Shown in pieces: positions 41,741 to 52,843 of a DNA stretch of 64,000 nt. Position 1 is the stretch's first letter, and the number at the start of each line of letters is the position of its first letter. The notes under the pieces were generated by a model. It searched no databases and was not told the origin of the DNA. It saw only the letters and a list, made by a program, of their open reading frames with translations. The DNA comes from Styela clava (Eukaryota), in contig NC_135253.1 in assembly GCF_964204865.1 (NCBI RefSeq), positions 9,362,001-9,426,000 on the forward strand, in the 5' to 3' direction. Made by a program: the position numbers and the translations under genes.

Positions 41741-42519
41741 GGATGCCCAAAATGGAGGTTACATTTCTACTACTCGTAAAGGGTATAAAAGGAGATGATC
41801 CTTTAACTTTGCTTCTTCTGAATAGTCCTGAAAATATTCTATCGGTAGACTATAGTGCAAGCTTTTCCAAGCTCCTCAAACAGAATCAATCTTTTTAAAA
41901 ACTTTGGTTGCTTTTAAACAAATAACCAGGAACATATAACATTTTCCGTGAATTTATTTTATGCTACTTTGAAGCAAGCACATAGGTTTCTTCACAAAAG
42001 ATTAAAAAAACGCCGATGGTGGAGGAATGACGAAACTCTATCTTTTATGTCGTATTTATAATATTTTTACACATAGAATACTTCCAATATTCACATATTT
42101 ATTGTAATTGCTTGTTAGAAGTTGAATAAGATGAGTACATGATGCATGAGTACAAGATTCATTGTTATGGTACTTTTAAACTGTGTACTAAGTAGCTCTA
42201 TATTTTTTTTCATTTATTTTTTATTGAGGTTTTTATAAAATGAAACAATATTGCAATAAACAATATTCATAAAAACAATAACAGTAATTCATCATAATAA
42301 ACATATATTGCATTTTTACTCTGATTATATTACAAGAATTCTCTATTTTTTGCTATGTTTGACAATTTATTCTTTTTTCAATGCTAATTCTCTCTCGTTC
42401 TCTCGGAAGCTCTATATTTCACTCAAACTTGTCTATTTTTACGAATGTTGTGCCACCAGGCGACAGTGATATGCCATGGCGTCGGACTAGTCCGATGAAG
42501 GCAGTACAGTATTCGGCTG

Positions 42520-42835
42520 CTGTGTCCATATATTTGTCTGCTCTCTTGTTCTTGAACACGAAATGGGCATATGGATCGTTTTGTTATTCTTTTTGGTCTT
42601 TTTTTCTTGTTGTTACTGTATAAAAAAGCCCTTTTTATTAAGCAACTACTGATCCAATTGCTTCGAAATTCATTTCAGTAGTAAACGATTGTATTTTTCG
42701 CTAGAAAGCTATTACTTTCATTTATATCAAAACGTGAAAATCGGATGCTTTTTGATGGTACGGGTAATGTAAAAAAGGTAAAGTGGACTACTACTATACT
42801 TTGTTTTTCGTGTCCATATATTTGAGCATCGCTTT
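42520..42835 (-). mobile_element. HINE-like repeat copy followed directly by a second element head
   Basis: Reverse complement reads GCGATGCTCAAATATATGGACACG...AAAGTAATAGCTTTCTAGCGAAAAATA...AATAACAAAACGATCCATATG...CGTGTTCAA, then AACAAGAGAGCAGACAAATATATGGACAC. Confidence 0.6.
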
Positions 42836-42862
42836 CCAAATCATGGGTTGTAGGACTCTTTA

Positions 42863-43327
42863 ATGTTTTCACTAGCACTCGTGGAATTGAGTGATTGTGT
42901 CATATCCAACAGGATTTCTTTCCGTCTTTGTTTTACAGAGAAGGATCAGCACTTGCAACTGTTTTGTAATTTATTTTAATAAGCATTTGTATTAAATATA
43001 TTTAAAACAGAAAATGAGAAACAATAACATTCCATGCATTTACCATCACTTAATAAAATCTTCGTCATTCAATATGGAACTTAATGTATGTTGTATGTTT
43101 TCACTAGCACTCGTGGAATTGAGTGATTGTGTCATATCCAACATGATTTCTTTCCGTCTTTGTTTTACAGAGAAGGATCAGCACTTGCAACTGTTTTGTA
43201 ATTTATTTCAATAAGCATTTGTATTAAATATATTTAAAACAGAAAATGAGAAACAATAACATTCCATGCATTTACCATCACTTAATAAAATCTTCGTCAT
43301 TCAATATGGAACTTAATGTATGTTGTA
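42863..43327. repeat. Tandem duplication, 2 x ~232 bp
   Basis: Units start at 42863 and 43095 and differ by about 2 substitutions and a 1-bp indel. Confidence 0.95.
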
Positions 43328-43487
43328 CATCCTGCTTGTTTATTCAGAACTTCAAACAATTTAAGTTGTGTCAGCAATGTTACATTACCGATGTTACATT
43401 AGAGTCTGTTAGACAATTCATATAACCCGTAGCATCTGAAAGCGGATGGTGAACCGGGATACAAGTTAATATCTATAGAACTTATAC

Positions 43488-43686
43488 GGGGCTCCCGAAG
43501 TATGCGAACCAAGATGGCGGACATCGGAACGTAACATGGGTACTAGGTTAGGGTTAGGCCATAATTTTAGGTATAAATACCACGGGAGGCTCTTGGCTAG
43601 TCTTCGAATTGATAATAGGACCCTAACCTGTTACCCATGTTACGTTCCGATGTCCGCCATCTTGGTTCGCATACTTCGGGAGCACC
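43488..43686. mobile_element. MITE family A, copy 2 (37-bp internal deletion)
   Basis: Near-identical to 7746-7981; perfect TSD ACTTATAC at 43480-43487 and 43687-43694. Confidence 0.9.
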
Positions 43687-44467
43687 ACTTATACTCTATT
43701 GCAAGGATGGCGAACCGCCGACTTTGTGACCCATAACGTTTTTCCAATTACCAACCAAGTCCCAAATTCATGGAGAAATAGTGACATTTCAGTGATGAAA
43801 GTTGGTAATAAAGCAGGCCTTTGTTCGATTTAACAATAAGATAACCTACTGTGGTATGGAACGCAGCTACTGACAACGATTCTTATGACATAACAGTTGT
43901 ATATGTTCCTTTTTCCCAACTTGTCTTGATACATCGCAGGTACATTTACCACAGGGGTAAAATGTTTTTGATTTTGTGGTTTACAAGAACTATATCCTAA
44001 TTTGCAGCTTATCCTTTATCCGTATACAATGACTTTTAAAAAACAACATTTCGTAGACTTAACGACTATAAAGATTTGAAATAATAATGGAGCAGGATAG
44101 TAGTGACCATAATAGGATCGAAGGTCGATCGAAAAAAATAATGCTCTCAGATTGGCATTCCCTTCTAAACTATTTTGAAACTTTGAAAAGATATGCCACT
44201 GTATTATAAACGCTTTTTGACAATTCATATGTATGCAAATCCAAGTTTTCGCACAAGAATTTTATAAAATTGAGTGCCAGAGATCGCACCAGTCCTGATA
44301 TTCCACATTTATTGGCGCACGGACGCCGATGCCGGCGTCATCACTAGAGGCATCATTCACGGTTGTAGATGATTGCAATCCCCGCACGAGTGTCTCCGCG
44401 TCGTCCTACGTGTTTATGTTAATTGAACGTATTCGGTAGATTGGTTGAGCATAAATAATGAGAATGA

Positions 44468-44692
44468 TCATAGTATCGGGCACTGCCAGTAATGGATACT
44501 GCATTCAACTCGCTCCCCTGTTGCTGGCAAAGCGAGGTTTGGTGATTTATGACAAGCACAACTATAAACAGTACGGGGAGGTGGAAGCACATCAGAGTCT
44601 TTGTCGCCTATTTCGACCTCTTCCTCTCTTGTCTTCAAGTAAGCTACGTAACCGGTAGACGCGGAGCATGTAACTCCTGTCGTAACGTAACC
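44468..44692 (-). CDS. Type II membrane protein, terminal exon (Cys-rich domain ending ECSIHYWQCPIL*)
   Basis: Acceptor ctttttacag; lies within ORF 44468..44728; AATAAA on the minus strand at 44308-44313. Confidence 0.82.
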   Translation of the reverse strand, partial: GYVTTGVTCSASTGYVAYLKTREEEVEIGDKDSDVLPPPRTVYSCACHKSPNLALPATGERVECSIHYWQCPIL

Positions 44693-47600
44693 CTGTAAAA
44701 AGTGGACGAGTTTTTTTTTAAGTGGCATAGATCAATGCAATGAACTGACTAACAAAACGAGCTGAATGGACGACAGAGTATTTAATAGGTTTTTGTAAGG
44801 TGCGAATAATGCGAATAATGCAAAAGCGAATAATGCACTGAAACGCAATATCGATTAACAATTTGCAAGACTGATTACTCATTCTTCTTCCAATGGTTTA
44901 GCGTCTATAATACGACCGTGTTGTAACAATAATGAAGATGAGATGCCCACGAGTTTATTAGTAGATTTATGCTTATTTGAAGAAGTCAGACTTTTGATCA
45001 GACAAAACGTTGGAAGACATTTATATATATATATTGATAGTTTGCAGCAGCAATCTTAGGATAGGATAGGATTTACATATTTATCCCGGGGAGAGGAAAG
45101 AGATAATAAGGCTTAATCATATGGTGGACCACGGTCTCTCGTCCGGTTATCAATTCATGTCGGGTATCGGATTAGTTAGCCAGTTATTTGTTTTCAGATG
45201 CAGATTTGATTTCAGATTTTAATTTGATAAAATTTCTTGAATTAGATTTAGAGGAAGAAATAAATTTAAAGCTCACCTCTTCCGCAAAATATTTTCCGCT
45301 ATCAATCTCATTTCTTGTAGGTGAAGTTCCAATACCAAATGTCTTATGCACGCAATTAGCAACATCCGCAGTAGAAGGTCCTTTGATGTTATATCAAAAT
45401 AGTATAAGCATGAGCATACGTGTGATAATAAATGCAATAAAGCAACGTTTAAAACAAATATATAATATGGACACCGAAATTTCACAAATTTCCATCCAAT
45501 TGTTGAAATAATTGAACCGAATGTCATATGAAGGCGTGTTCATGAATTGTAAATAATCACGAAATTTGGGGTGGAAAATCGAGCCCAGCAGAACTCGGAG
45601 AATACTTAAAATGATGCATTAGCCTTCTAGGGACATCTTCTATGATTAAGTAATTCAAGTATGAAACTAATTCGTCTATTAATTGCGGAGTTGTAAAAAG
45701 GTTGCATAACAAAAGATACTTTTCGTGTCCTATGAGAGCAAAATAATTTTGAAAAGTGAAATTTTTCTAGAAGTGACAAGAAAACAATGCAGAATATCAC
45801 ATAGTCAAAGTAGTGTTTACTATGTTATTGCTTAATTGACTGATAACACGGGCCCCCAGATGGCCACAAACCAAACATGTTTATAAAGTCTTTCACGAAA
45901 ACACGCAATCCTTTCCGCTCAGCATATACCCTATAAGTCCATATTGATTAGATTCTGGGTAAGATGTCGAGCATTTGGTTTGAATCGGAAATTTCTATCT
46001 GCTTTAATTACCCCCTAAACACCCTACCAGTCCAGATTTTTTTATTGATAAAACTTTACAATAAATAATCATATCTTGCAAATCGTATCTAACCTTTCAA
46101 CGCAGAAATGTTCAGTGATTTCACAGCTTCCACCAGCTGGAATTTTGCCTCCTCAAATCTGTCGTCTATTCTGGTATCAGAGTTGATCGATGAGATGTTT
46201 AGTTCGGATACTTCTTCCTTCAATTTTGATATCTAGATTCCGAATACAAAAATTAGTTTACCTCATATTGACTTGCTCGAACAAATGCTTCAAGGATGGT
46301 CTGGTCCAGCTCTATGAATATACTACTGTGTTCTTCATCTACGAGTTTAAATGAAATACATCAGCTTGTTTGTGTAGGAGGACAAAAAATACCTATGGTG
46401 GCCGAACTATGATCAGATAGCAACTGGTCCCAAGCATAAAAACTGGAGGCATTATGGTGAATCCTGAAGAATGGAAAAACAAAATACTTACCAGTTCATT
46501 TTGCTGTTTCAGCTGGGTACGCGCATTTAGAAGTTCTTGAGTAACATTTGTTTGAAAGTTTCCACGGCTTGAAATACCAGCTGAAGAAGGGAAAATTCAA
46601 AATGAATATAAAATGTGTTTATTTTCCAACTAATGAATTTTTGACAAATACTAGCAATCATTTGTTTGAAAAAAGGTACCAAGTCGTCAACTAAAATTAA
46701 AAAGATTATCAAAAGAACGACTACTGTTGCATGATCTATCAATTCATTCTTGCAATTCAGATGTTTCATAAATTTATTTTCGTATTTCCGTGGCGATCAT
46801 AGAATTGAAGTGTTGGGTCACTTGCTATGGGAGGTGTATATAGTCAATTGGTACGCCATGGCCCAAGGGCAATTTGTTATTATAAGGAGTAGTAAACATT
46901 TACTGATTCGAACCTGCGTTAAATCAAATAAAATTTCATAAGATTTGAAATCATATTTTTAAAATTATATTTTCGTCACAAGTGTGGGGAATAGCTGCTG
47001 GAGTTCGGCAGGAAAATGAATCACAGTGAGGACGGTGTTGTCTAGTTTATTTTCACAAATAGTAAAGCACTCAAATAGACGACAAATGGTCGCTCAAGCC
47101 GGAAACGATTACAAATACCTTACTACAGTCTTTATCAAAGTTAGAAAGGTTTTATACGCAGAGCAAGACTAGTGAAAACTAATATTTACACAATGAAATT
47201 AAAGCGCATCCGTTGGCTTAAAAAAAAAAGTACAATTAAATACCGGCACTAATTATTGAGACTTAGTCGGACGACCGCTGATTTAATTGGCAGGAAATTC
47301 CGGAGAGATTACGATGCCTAAAACCAACTTTCAAAGCCCATATTAAGTAGTTGTGAAGCCTGTGATATAAATACCAATTTTTGAATAGCATAAAACACTA
47401 ACCTGTCAACGGATCCAGGAATCCTAAAATAAAAAGCGATATAGCAACAATCGATAAAAAACTAAAAATGATTGCCACAATAACTCCAGCTACAAGGCAT
47501 CGAAAACATTTGATGGGTGGCTTCTTCTGGTTTGATTCCTCGCAACCAGGTCCGTGATCGTACAAGTTCATGTGCAAACCAGCATACATAGGGTTCAATC

Positions 47601-50600
47601 GTTGTCTGAAAAAGAGTGTATGTCAAAACTACAAAATACAGTTAAACTTTATATCCAATCCAAAATATGCTCGTTAAGTTTTAATCGGTAACAGTTTGAT
47701 CGAATGTATATTATATATAAATATTATTAAAAATATATAGTATGAAGCGTTAGAAATGTGCTAACCGTATAACAGTTGTTTAAATCACTTCGGATTTTCG
47801 AATTCTGTAGGGAATAAATATGTGCGAGACTGTGAGAGGATGACTGACTGGAATGGTCGATTAGGAATACCTGTCCATCTGATAACGTGCATCCGAACTG
47901 TTTAATTAGTCATCAAATTAACAAGAGAGCGATGCTCAAATGGACACGAAACCAAAACGTACCGCAAACTTCCTGACTAACGCAAACGTAACCGCCACGG
48001 AGTGCGCAATTTTTGATGACGTCATCACAGCACACAAAAAACGAATCCCAGAGAGCCCACACAATTTTTTGAAATAAATAAAAGTAATAGACTTCTAGCG
48101 AAAAATATAAGCTTTAACGACTGACAATTTCAGAGCAATCGGTCCAGTGAGAAAAGCGTTTTTTCCCAACAAGAAAAAGAATATTAACAACAAGATTGAC
48201 AACAACATAATAACAAAACAACCCATATGTCCACTCCGTGTACATTAAACATATTATGGAAATTCCTCTGTCCTATCTTTTCATTTGGCGCTTTTTTTTA
48301 AAAACTTGACAATGAACTCCATGACCGGATTTGTTACCCAAATAGATGATTACCATGGATTAATTTAAACTAAAACAAGACATCGATATTATTTGGCGTT
48401 TTAAAAATTTGTGCCAGAAATATTAACAAGAATCTCAAACCTTGGATTTTTAGTTTTTTCTGAAGGTGTTGTTGCTTCTTTTTTCTGGAATGAGATTGGG
48501 GTAAACCCAGTACTACTCATTTCTTGATCTGGAACGAACTTCCCGGTTTGTGACTCGGGAGAAATTTGTGGAAGTTTCTGCAACGAAGAAACACTCGTCA
48601 TTATTTAGAAGTTGCAGGACGTACGCTGTTCGTTGGACACCATCTCCAAATTGACAATTAAAAAAACAGAGCGACGACGCAATTTCTTCAAAAGCAGCAA
48701 ATTAAAGGGTAACGCCACCAAGCCCATGGCATCCAGTAGAATTTTAAAAATATATAACTGTATAAGCCTTCAAGAAAGCACTATTATTTGAAATACTGAA
48801 AGATGAAACGAATTTTTCTCGACAATAACGATAACATTGACATCAACAACAATTTAACAAAATGATCCACCCGCCCACTTGTTTGACGGCTGCAATCATT
48901 TGCCTTGCACCACTTTTTGTAGTCTTTGATTAATATAAATTAATGCTAGCTTACTATTAAGTGGAGTAGCAGTCTCCAATACAGATAAAATTTTCAATTT
49001 TGGATTCTTGAATTAATTAGAAAGCATCTGCCTCGGTATTTCTAATCAAGCGAACAATAATAAAATAACTAACTCGCTGCTGAAGAATCTTCACATCCGT
49101 GGGTATATCAAGTTGATCTACTGGAAGTTCTTCGTAGTCGTGAACATTTTGTGCCTTTCCAGTCGACTCCAATGCCAAACTTTGCGGAATTGATGAACGA
49201 TTGTTATTTTGTAGATTGAGATGACTCGAACCGATGTCTTGCCTCGATCGCCTCAGACTCTCTCGATTTGGTTTCTTCGGTTTTGTCTTTTTAAGCTCGG
49301 ATGGAAGTCGATTTTCAGGATATTCTGAATAGAATGAAACTAGACAATTAATTTACCACGACATTCAACTTTCGTAAAGCGGCTTATGGACAAAATGAAA
49401 ACATGACCTTTTTTATAATGAAACTCAACGGCATGGCATTTTGGATTTTTCCAAAAACATTTGTGACCGTTAGATAAAGTGACTTTTTATTTTAAATAGG
49501 GAAATTAATACGCCTAAAATCATAGAAATAACTATATAGACAGACTGCCCAAGGTAAACTACAACGCATATTGAGAAAACTATTGTAATTTTCAAAAATG
49601 AAATGTAACACCCTCATCGAACGACGAAATACATCAAAAAAATCACTATCACGCAGTCCAAAACATCAACCTACAAGCAATATTCTCAATAAACCAACAA
49701 ATGTGACGTCATTTTAGTCAAACAAAGTGGTAAAGTTGCCTCACCATTTACTAGGAGCCTCTCTTTGCTAGGTGTTCGCTGGATTGATTTTGGCAAACTG
49801 TGGTTTCGTTTCTCGTCTACATAATCAAAAGCATCAGAATGAGAGCGCTGCCCTGGACTCGTTGATTTGCCATTACTGCGTTTAACTTGCAATTCAGATA
49901 TATCAAAGATATTGTCACAGGATACGCTGGTTGTATTGGCACCTGCCATGTTCCCTGTCGGTAGCGAAGGCCGTTCGTTGGAAGTGTTTTCAGTATTAAT
50001 TTGTCGCATTATATTATTATTATAACGGCCTGCTGGTGAATAATCAGTCCTTTCTCCGCGAGATGAAATATTGTAATTTTTACTGGGAACTTTTCCTTTA
50101 TCCGTCACTGATTTCGCTTCCGCGACAACTACCTTGAATGGCTCTAATTCCAACAAGCTACTGCTCAATCTGAAACAAAATGGCGCTATAAGGATTAAAA
50201 AATCATGCAAATCACATGAAAACGATTTACCATTATATCACATTATTCATTATACAAGGCAAATTGGAACCGAGGTTTGCTAGAGCCGAGCATTTTCAAT
50301 CCTATCTTTACATTGCCATGAACGGTATGTAAAATTAAAAAAAGCTCAAAATATACCAGGCTCCGTCGACGCGCTGTTTCCTCGTGCATGTATGCATATC
50401 TTACACTTTAAAATATTCCATAGAGACGTTGAATTTAAAAATTATACCGTGACTCCAGGGGCGGACACCCGGGGGGGGCGAGGGGGGGCGGTCGCCCCCC
50501 CAATAATTTCGCAAAAAAATTTAATACATGTTGTTTCCGCCCTACAAAATTATCATTTCCGAAAAGTGCGATAGTCAAGCGCCATTAAACGGTTAATAGT

Positions 50601-52843
50601 TACCGATATTATAACTGTTTTCTTACAATAATGCGCCTTCGGAGCACCTCACATGCGCGCCCGCACGGGTAATACTCCGTCTTCAAACGCACCGCCGATC
50701 ACGCGCCACGGTTTTGCACAACTAACTCATTTTTGTACAATTTGATATGATTTTCTCATTGTCAAAATCTTTCAATAGTGTTATTGTTGGCAAGAAATGA
50801 AAGAGGCAAACTGTGTTTCATTACAACAATTAATTATTATCGCTAAAAAATTAACTAGATCTAAAGTTGTTTTAAACAATTTTCACCGCGGGACGTATCT
50901 TTTTACGTTATGGATTTCGTGCAAGGCCCAGCATAATTTGCGGGCAAAGATCAAAGCATTTACTTTGTCGAAAAGTTGAAAAGCGGCAATATAAAATACT
51001 AAAAATAAAACTGTAAACAATATAAGTTTTGAGGCCCGCGACAGTCTAAAAACGCTTTTCTAGGCATCGAAAATCGCAAAATTTCGTGTGCCAACGGCAC
51101 AAATTATGTTTGCTTGACCTTTAAAAATATTTCGTTACTAAAATCGAAACACGGTCAATTGTGAGCGGGATTTGCCTTTTTATCCATTACTTTAAAATTG
51201 ACGTCGAAAATTTTCGTGTTAACATTAAACAAAGCTGAGAACGCGACTTTTCCACGGTTTGTGATGATATATAAGATAATTAAAGTATATTCGATCACTT
51301 TTTGTATTTATTTATGTATTTTTATTGTACTGAAATAACTTTTACTACGTGAGAATTGACAGAAAATTTACGGATTTTTCGAAAGGTTTTTTCCGTCGTG
51401 TTTTAGAGTGGCCCTTGTTTTGTCGACTCAACCGCAGTTTAAATTGAAGACAATTAAATTAATAAATCAAGACATTTTGAATATGCCCGTTTCTGTCTTT
51501 GATTGATTACTTTGCACAAGTGAAAAATCATTTTTCGTTGATGAAGTCGGCTCTATTAACAAGTGGCGTAATCGCGGCGACTGTTCCGCGTGGATTTCGA
51601 GGCGGTGTATTTGTATTTTTGATTTACTAGTATACCTTATAATTATTTTCATTGTATGAATTAAAATTGTACTATATCGGATTTTATATCAGATATCGAG
51701 ATTTTTGTAACGACGATAACGAGTTCGGAAGATTGCAAAAATACGTATCAAAATTAAATACATCAGGCAGCTTATCTCATATTTTTATGTCCACATATCG
51801 CCGTGGTACTTTAAGTTTAGTAATATTTTTATTTTGACGTAAGAAGTCGCAACCGCGAGTTATGTTGCACACAATTTAATATATAAGGACATTTTAGAAT
51901 CTCGTGGCTGTCATGGATCGACAGAAAAATCATTATACGCTCAAATAGGCGGCTCTTTTATTGAGCGCGTAATCGCGGTGCTTGTTGCAGACGGCAGTGG
52001 GAAGTTCCGACTTTGACCCCGCCCTTTTTTTTTAAATCCTGGCTGCGCGCCTGAACTTGTGCCTGTTTATTTTCGTATTAAATTATAAATAAAAACCCTG
52101 CCAAGTCATTGCGTGAATCCTGAATGTTATTTCGAGTTCAAATGATGATTTAATAAATCGGCAATAATGGCAATTCTACTAGTCAAATGATAATTCCTTG
52201 GTAAAATTTAGGAAACAAATTCGCACAATAGCTTGTTACTTTGTTTTGCATTTCTAATTTCACGAAACGGCGTTAGTGCGCTTTATGCAGAACTAGGAAT
52301 TGAAACAATAACCTAATACGACTCCTCAAATTTGTTATTTTCTGTATATTAGCAAGAGCCGTGGGCTAATTCTCGCGGAATTCAAGAAATTGGTTCAGTG
52401 ACGCGCAAGTTTCGTGTCCGAGCAAAGCAGCCTAGGTAATCGATATATGAGTAGCAAACTGACATGCTAATACTTAGAGAATGACATCGACAGGTTATTG
52501 TTACGTGACGATACACGGCGCGGTGTTTTTCGGTAGGCGATCCAAGTTCGCCCCCCCAAAATTATGGAAAGTGTCCGCCCCTGCGTGACTCCCGCTATAG
52601 ACAGACGCACTGATTTGAAGCAGCGCATTATATCCATAACAGCATCAACAACTAAATAAGGGTAATCTTTACTATATTTTTGTATATGCATCGCAACTGT
52701 CAAAATTCATGATGATGGTTTCAAATATCCCATTTCGGGTGGTGCTCTTATTATATAGAGATTAAAAATGACCAAAATCGGTATACAATTGTGATTAAAT
52801 ACCTGCATCCGTTTACATATTTTTCTTCCTCGATTTCACTCAT
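44468..52843 (-). CDS. Uncharacterised type II single-pass membrane protein; complement(join(44468..44692,45277..45380,46094..46232,46492..46580,47403..47605,48441..48577,49074..49324,49745..50169,52803..52843)), 537 aa
   Basis: Nine exons, all GT..AG, phases 2,1,0,2,1,0,1,0 all match, 1614 nt open. In-frame TAA upstream of the ATG. About 320-aa S/N/P/K-rich N-terminus, one TM (about aa 322-348), heptad-like stalk with NVT/NIS sequons, and a C-terminal domain with 6 Cys. Confidence 0.82.
45058..45205 (-). mobile_element. SINE family 1, 3' fragment with (ATCCT)n tail
   Basis: Plus strand AGGATAGGATAGGATTTACATATTTATCCCG... is the reverse complement of the family 3' end. Confidence 0.7.
45277..45380 (-). 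CDS. Type II membrane protein, exon 8 (start of Cys domain)
   Basis: Acceptor catcaaag, donor GAG|gtgagc; GPSTADVANCVHKTFGIGTSPTRNEIDSGKYFAEE; bridges phase 1 to phase 0. Confidence 0.78.
46094..46232 (-). CDS. Type II membrane protein, exon 7 (coiled-coil stalk)
   Basis: Acceptor aatctag, donor AAA G|gttaga; ISKLKEEVSELNISSINSDTRIDDRFEEAKFQLVEAVKSLNISALK. Confidence 0.8.
46492..46580 (-). CDS. Type II membrane protein, exon 6 (coiled-coil stalk)
   Basis: Acceptor cccttcttcag, donor CTG|gtaagt; AGISSRGNFQTNVTQELLNARTQLKQQNEL. Confidence 0.82.
47403..47605 (-). CDS. Type II membrane protein, exon 5 (NPxY motif and transmembrane helix)
   Basis: Acceptor ctttttcag, donor ACA G|gttagt; LNPMY...KKPPIKCFRC-LVAGVIVAIIFSFLSIVAISLFILGFL. 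Confidence 0.85.
47920..48248 (+). mobile_element. Interspersed repeat resembling a Helentron-associated (HINE-like) element
   Basis: Head AACAAGAGAGCGATGCTCAAATGGACACG, tail AATAACAAAACAACCCATATGTCCACTCCGTGT; homologous over its length to the minus copy at 42552-42835. Confidence 0.6.
48441..48577 (-). CDS. Type II membrane protein, exon 4 (KLPQISPES...KTKNP)
   Basis: Acceptor tttcttcgttgcag, donor AG|gtttga; phase 0 in, phase 2 out. Confidence 0.75.
49074..49324 (-). CDS. Type II membrane protein, exon 3 (EYPENRLPS...HDYEELPVDQ...LQQR)
   Basis: Acceptor ttctattcag, donor CGA|gttagt; open in the required phase. Confidence 0.8.
49745..50169 (-). CDS. Type II membrane protein, exon 2 (disordered cytoplasmic region)
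   Basis: Acceptor ttttgtttcag, donor AAT G|gtgagg; lies within the 174-aa ORF 49686..50210. Confidence 0.8.
50456..52583. mobile_element. Non-autonomous hAT-type element (2128 bp) in intron 1 of the membrane-protein gene
   Basis: Perfect 13-bp TIR CAGGGGCGGACAC/GTGTCCGCCCCTG; perfect 8-bp TSD CGTGACTC (50448-50455, 52584-52591); subterminal TCGCCCCCCC motifs; no transposase ORF. Confidence 0.92.
52803..52843 (-). CDS. Type II membrane protein, coding exon 1 (MSEIEEEKYVNGC)
   Basis: Exon 52888-52803 (acceptor cttatag, donor CAG|gtattt); phase 2 matches the acceptor at 50169. Confidence 0.65.

Noticed and set aside
42381-42878. ORFs with a repeated QIYGH-like peptide suggesting a pseudogene
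   Set aside because: Explained by two heads of the HINE-like repeat (CAAATATATGGACAC).
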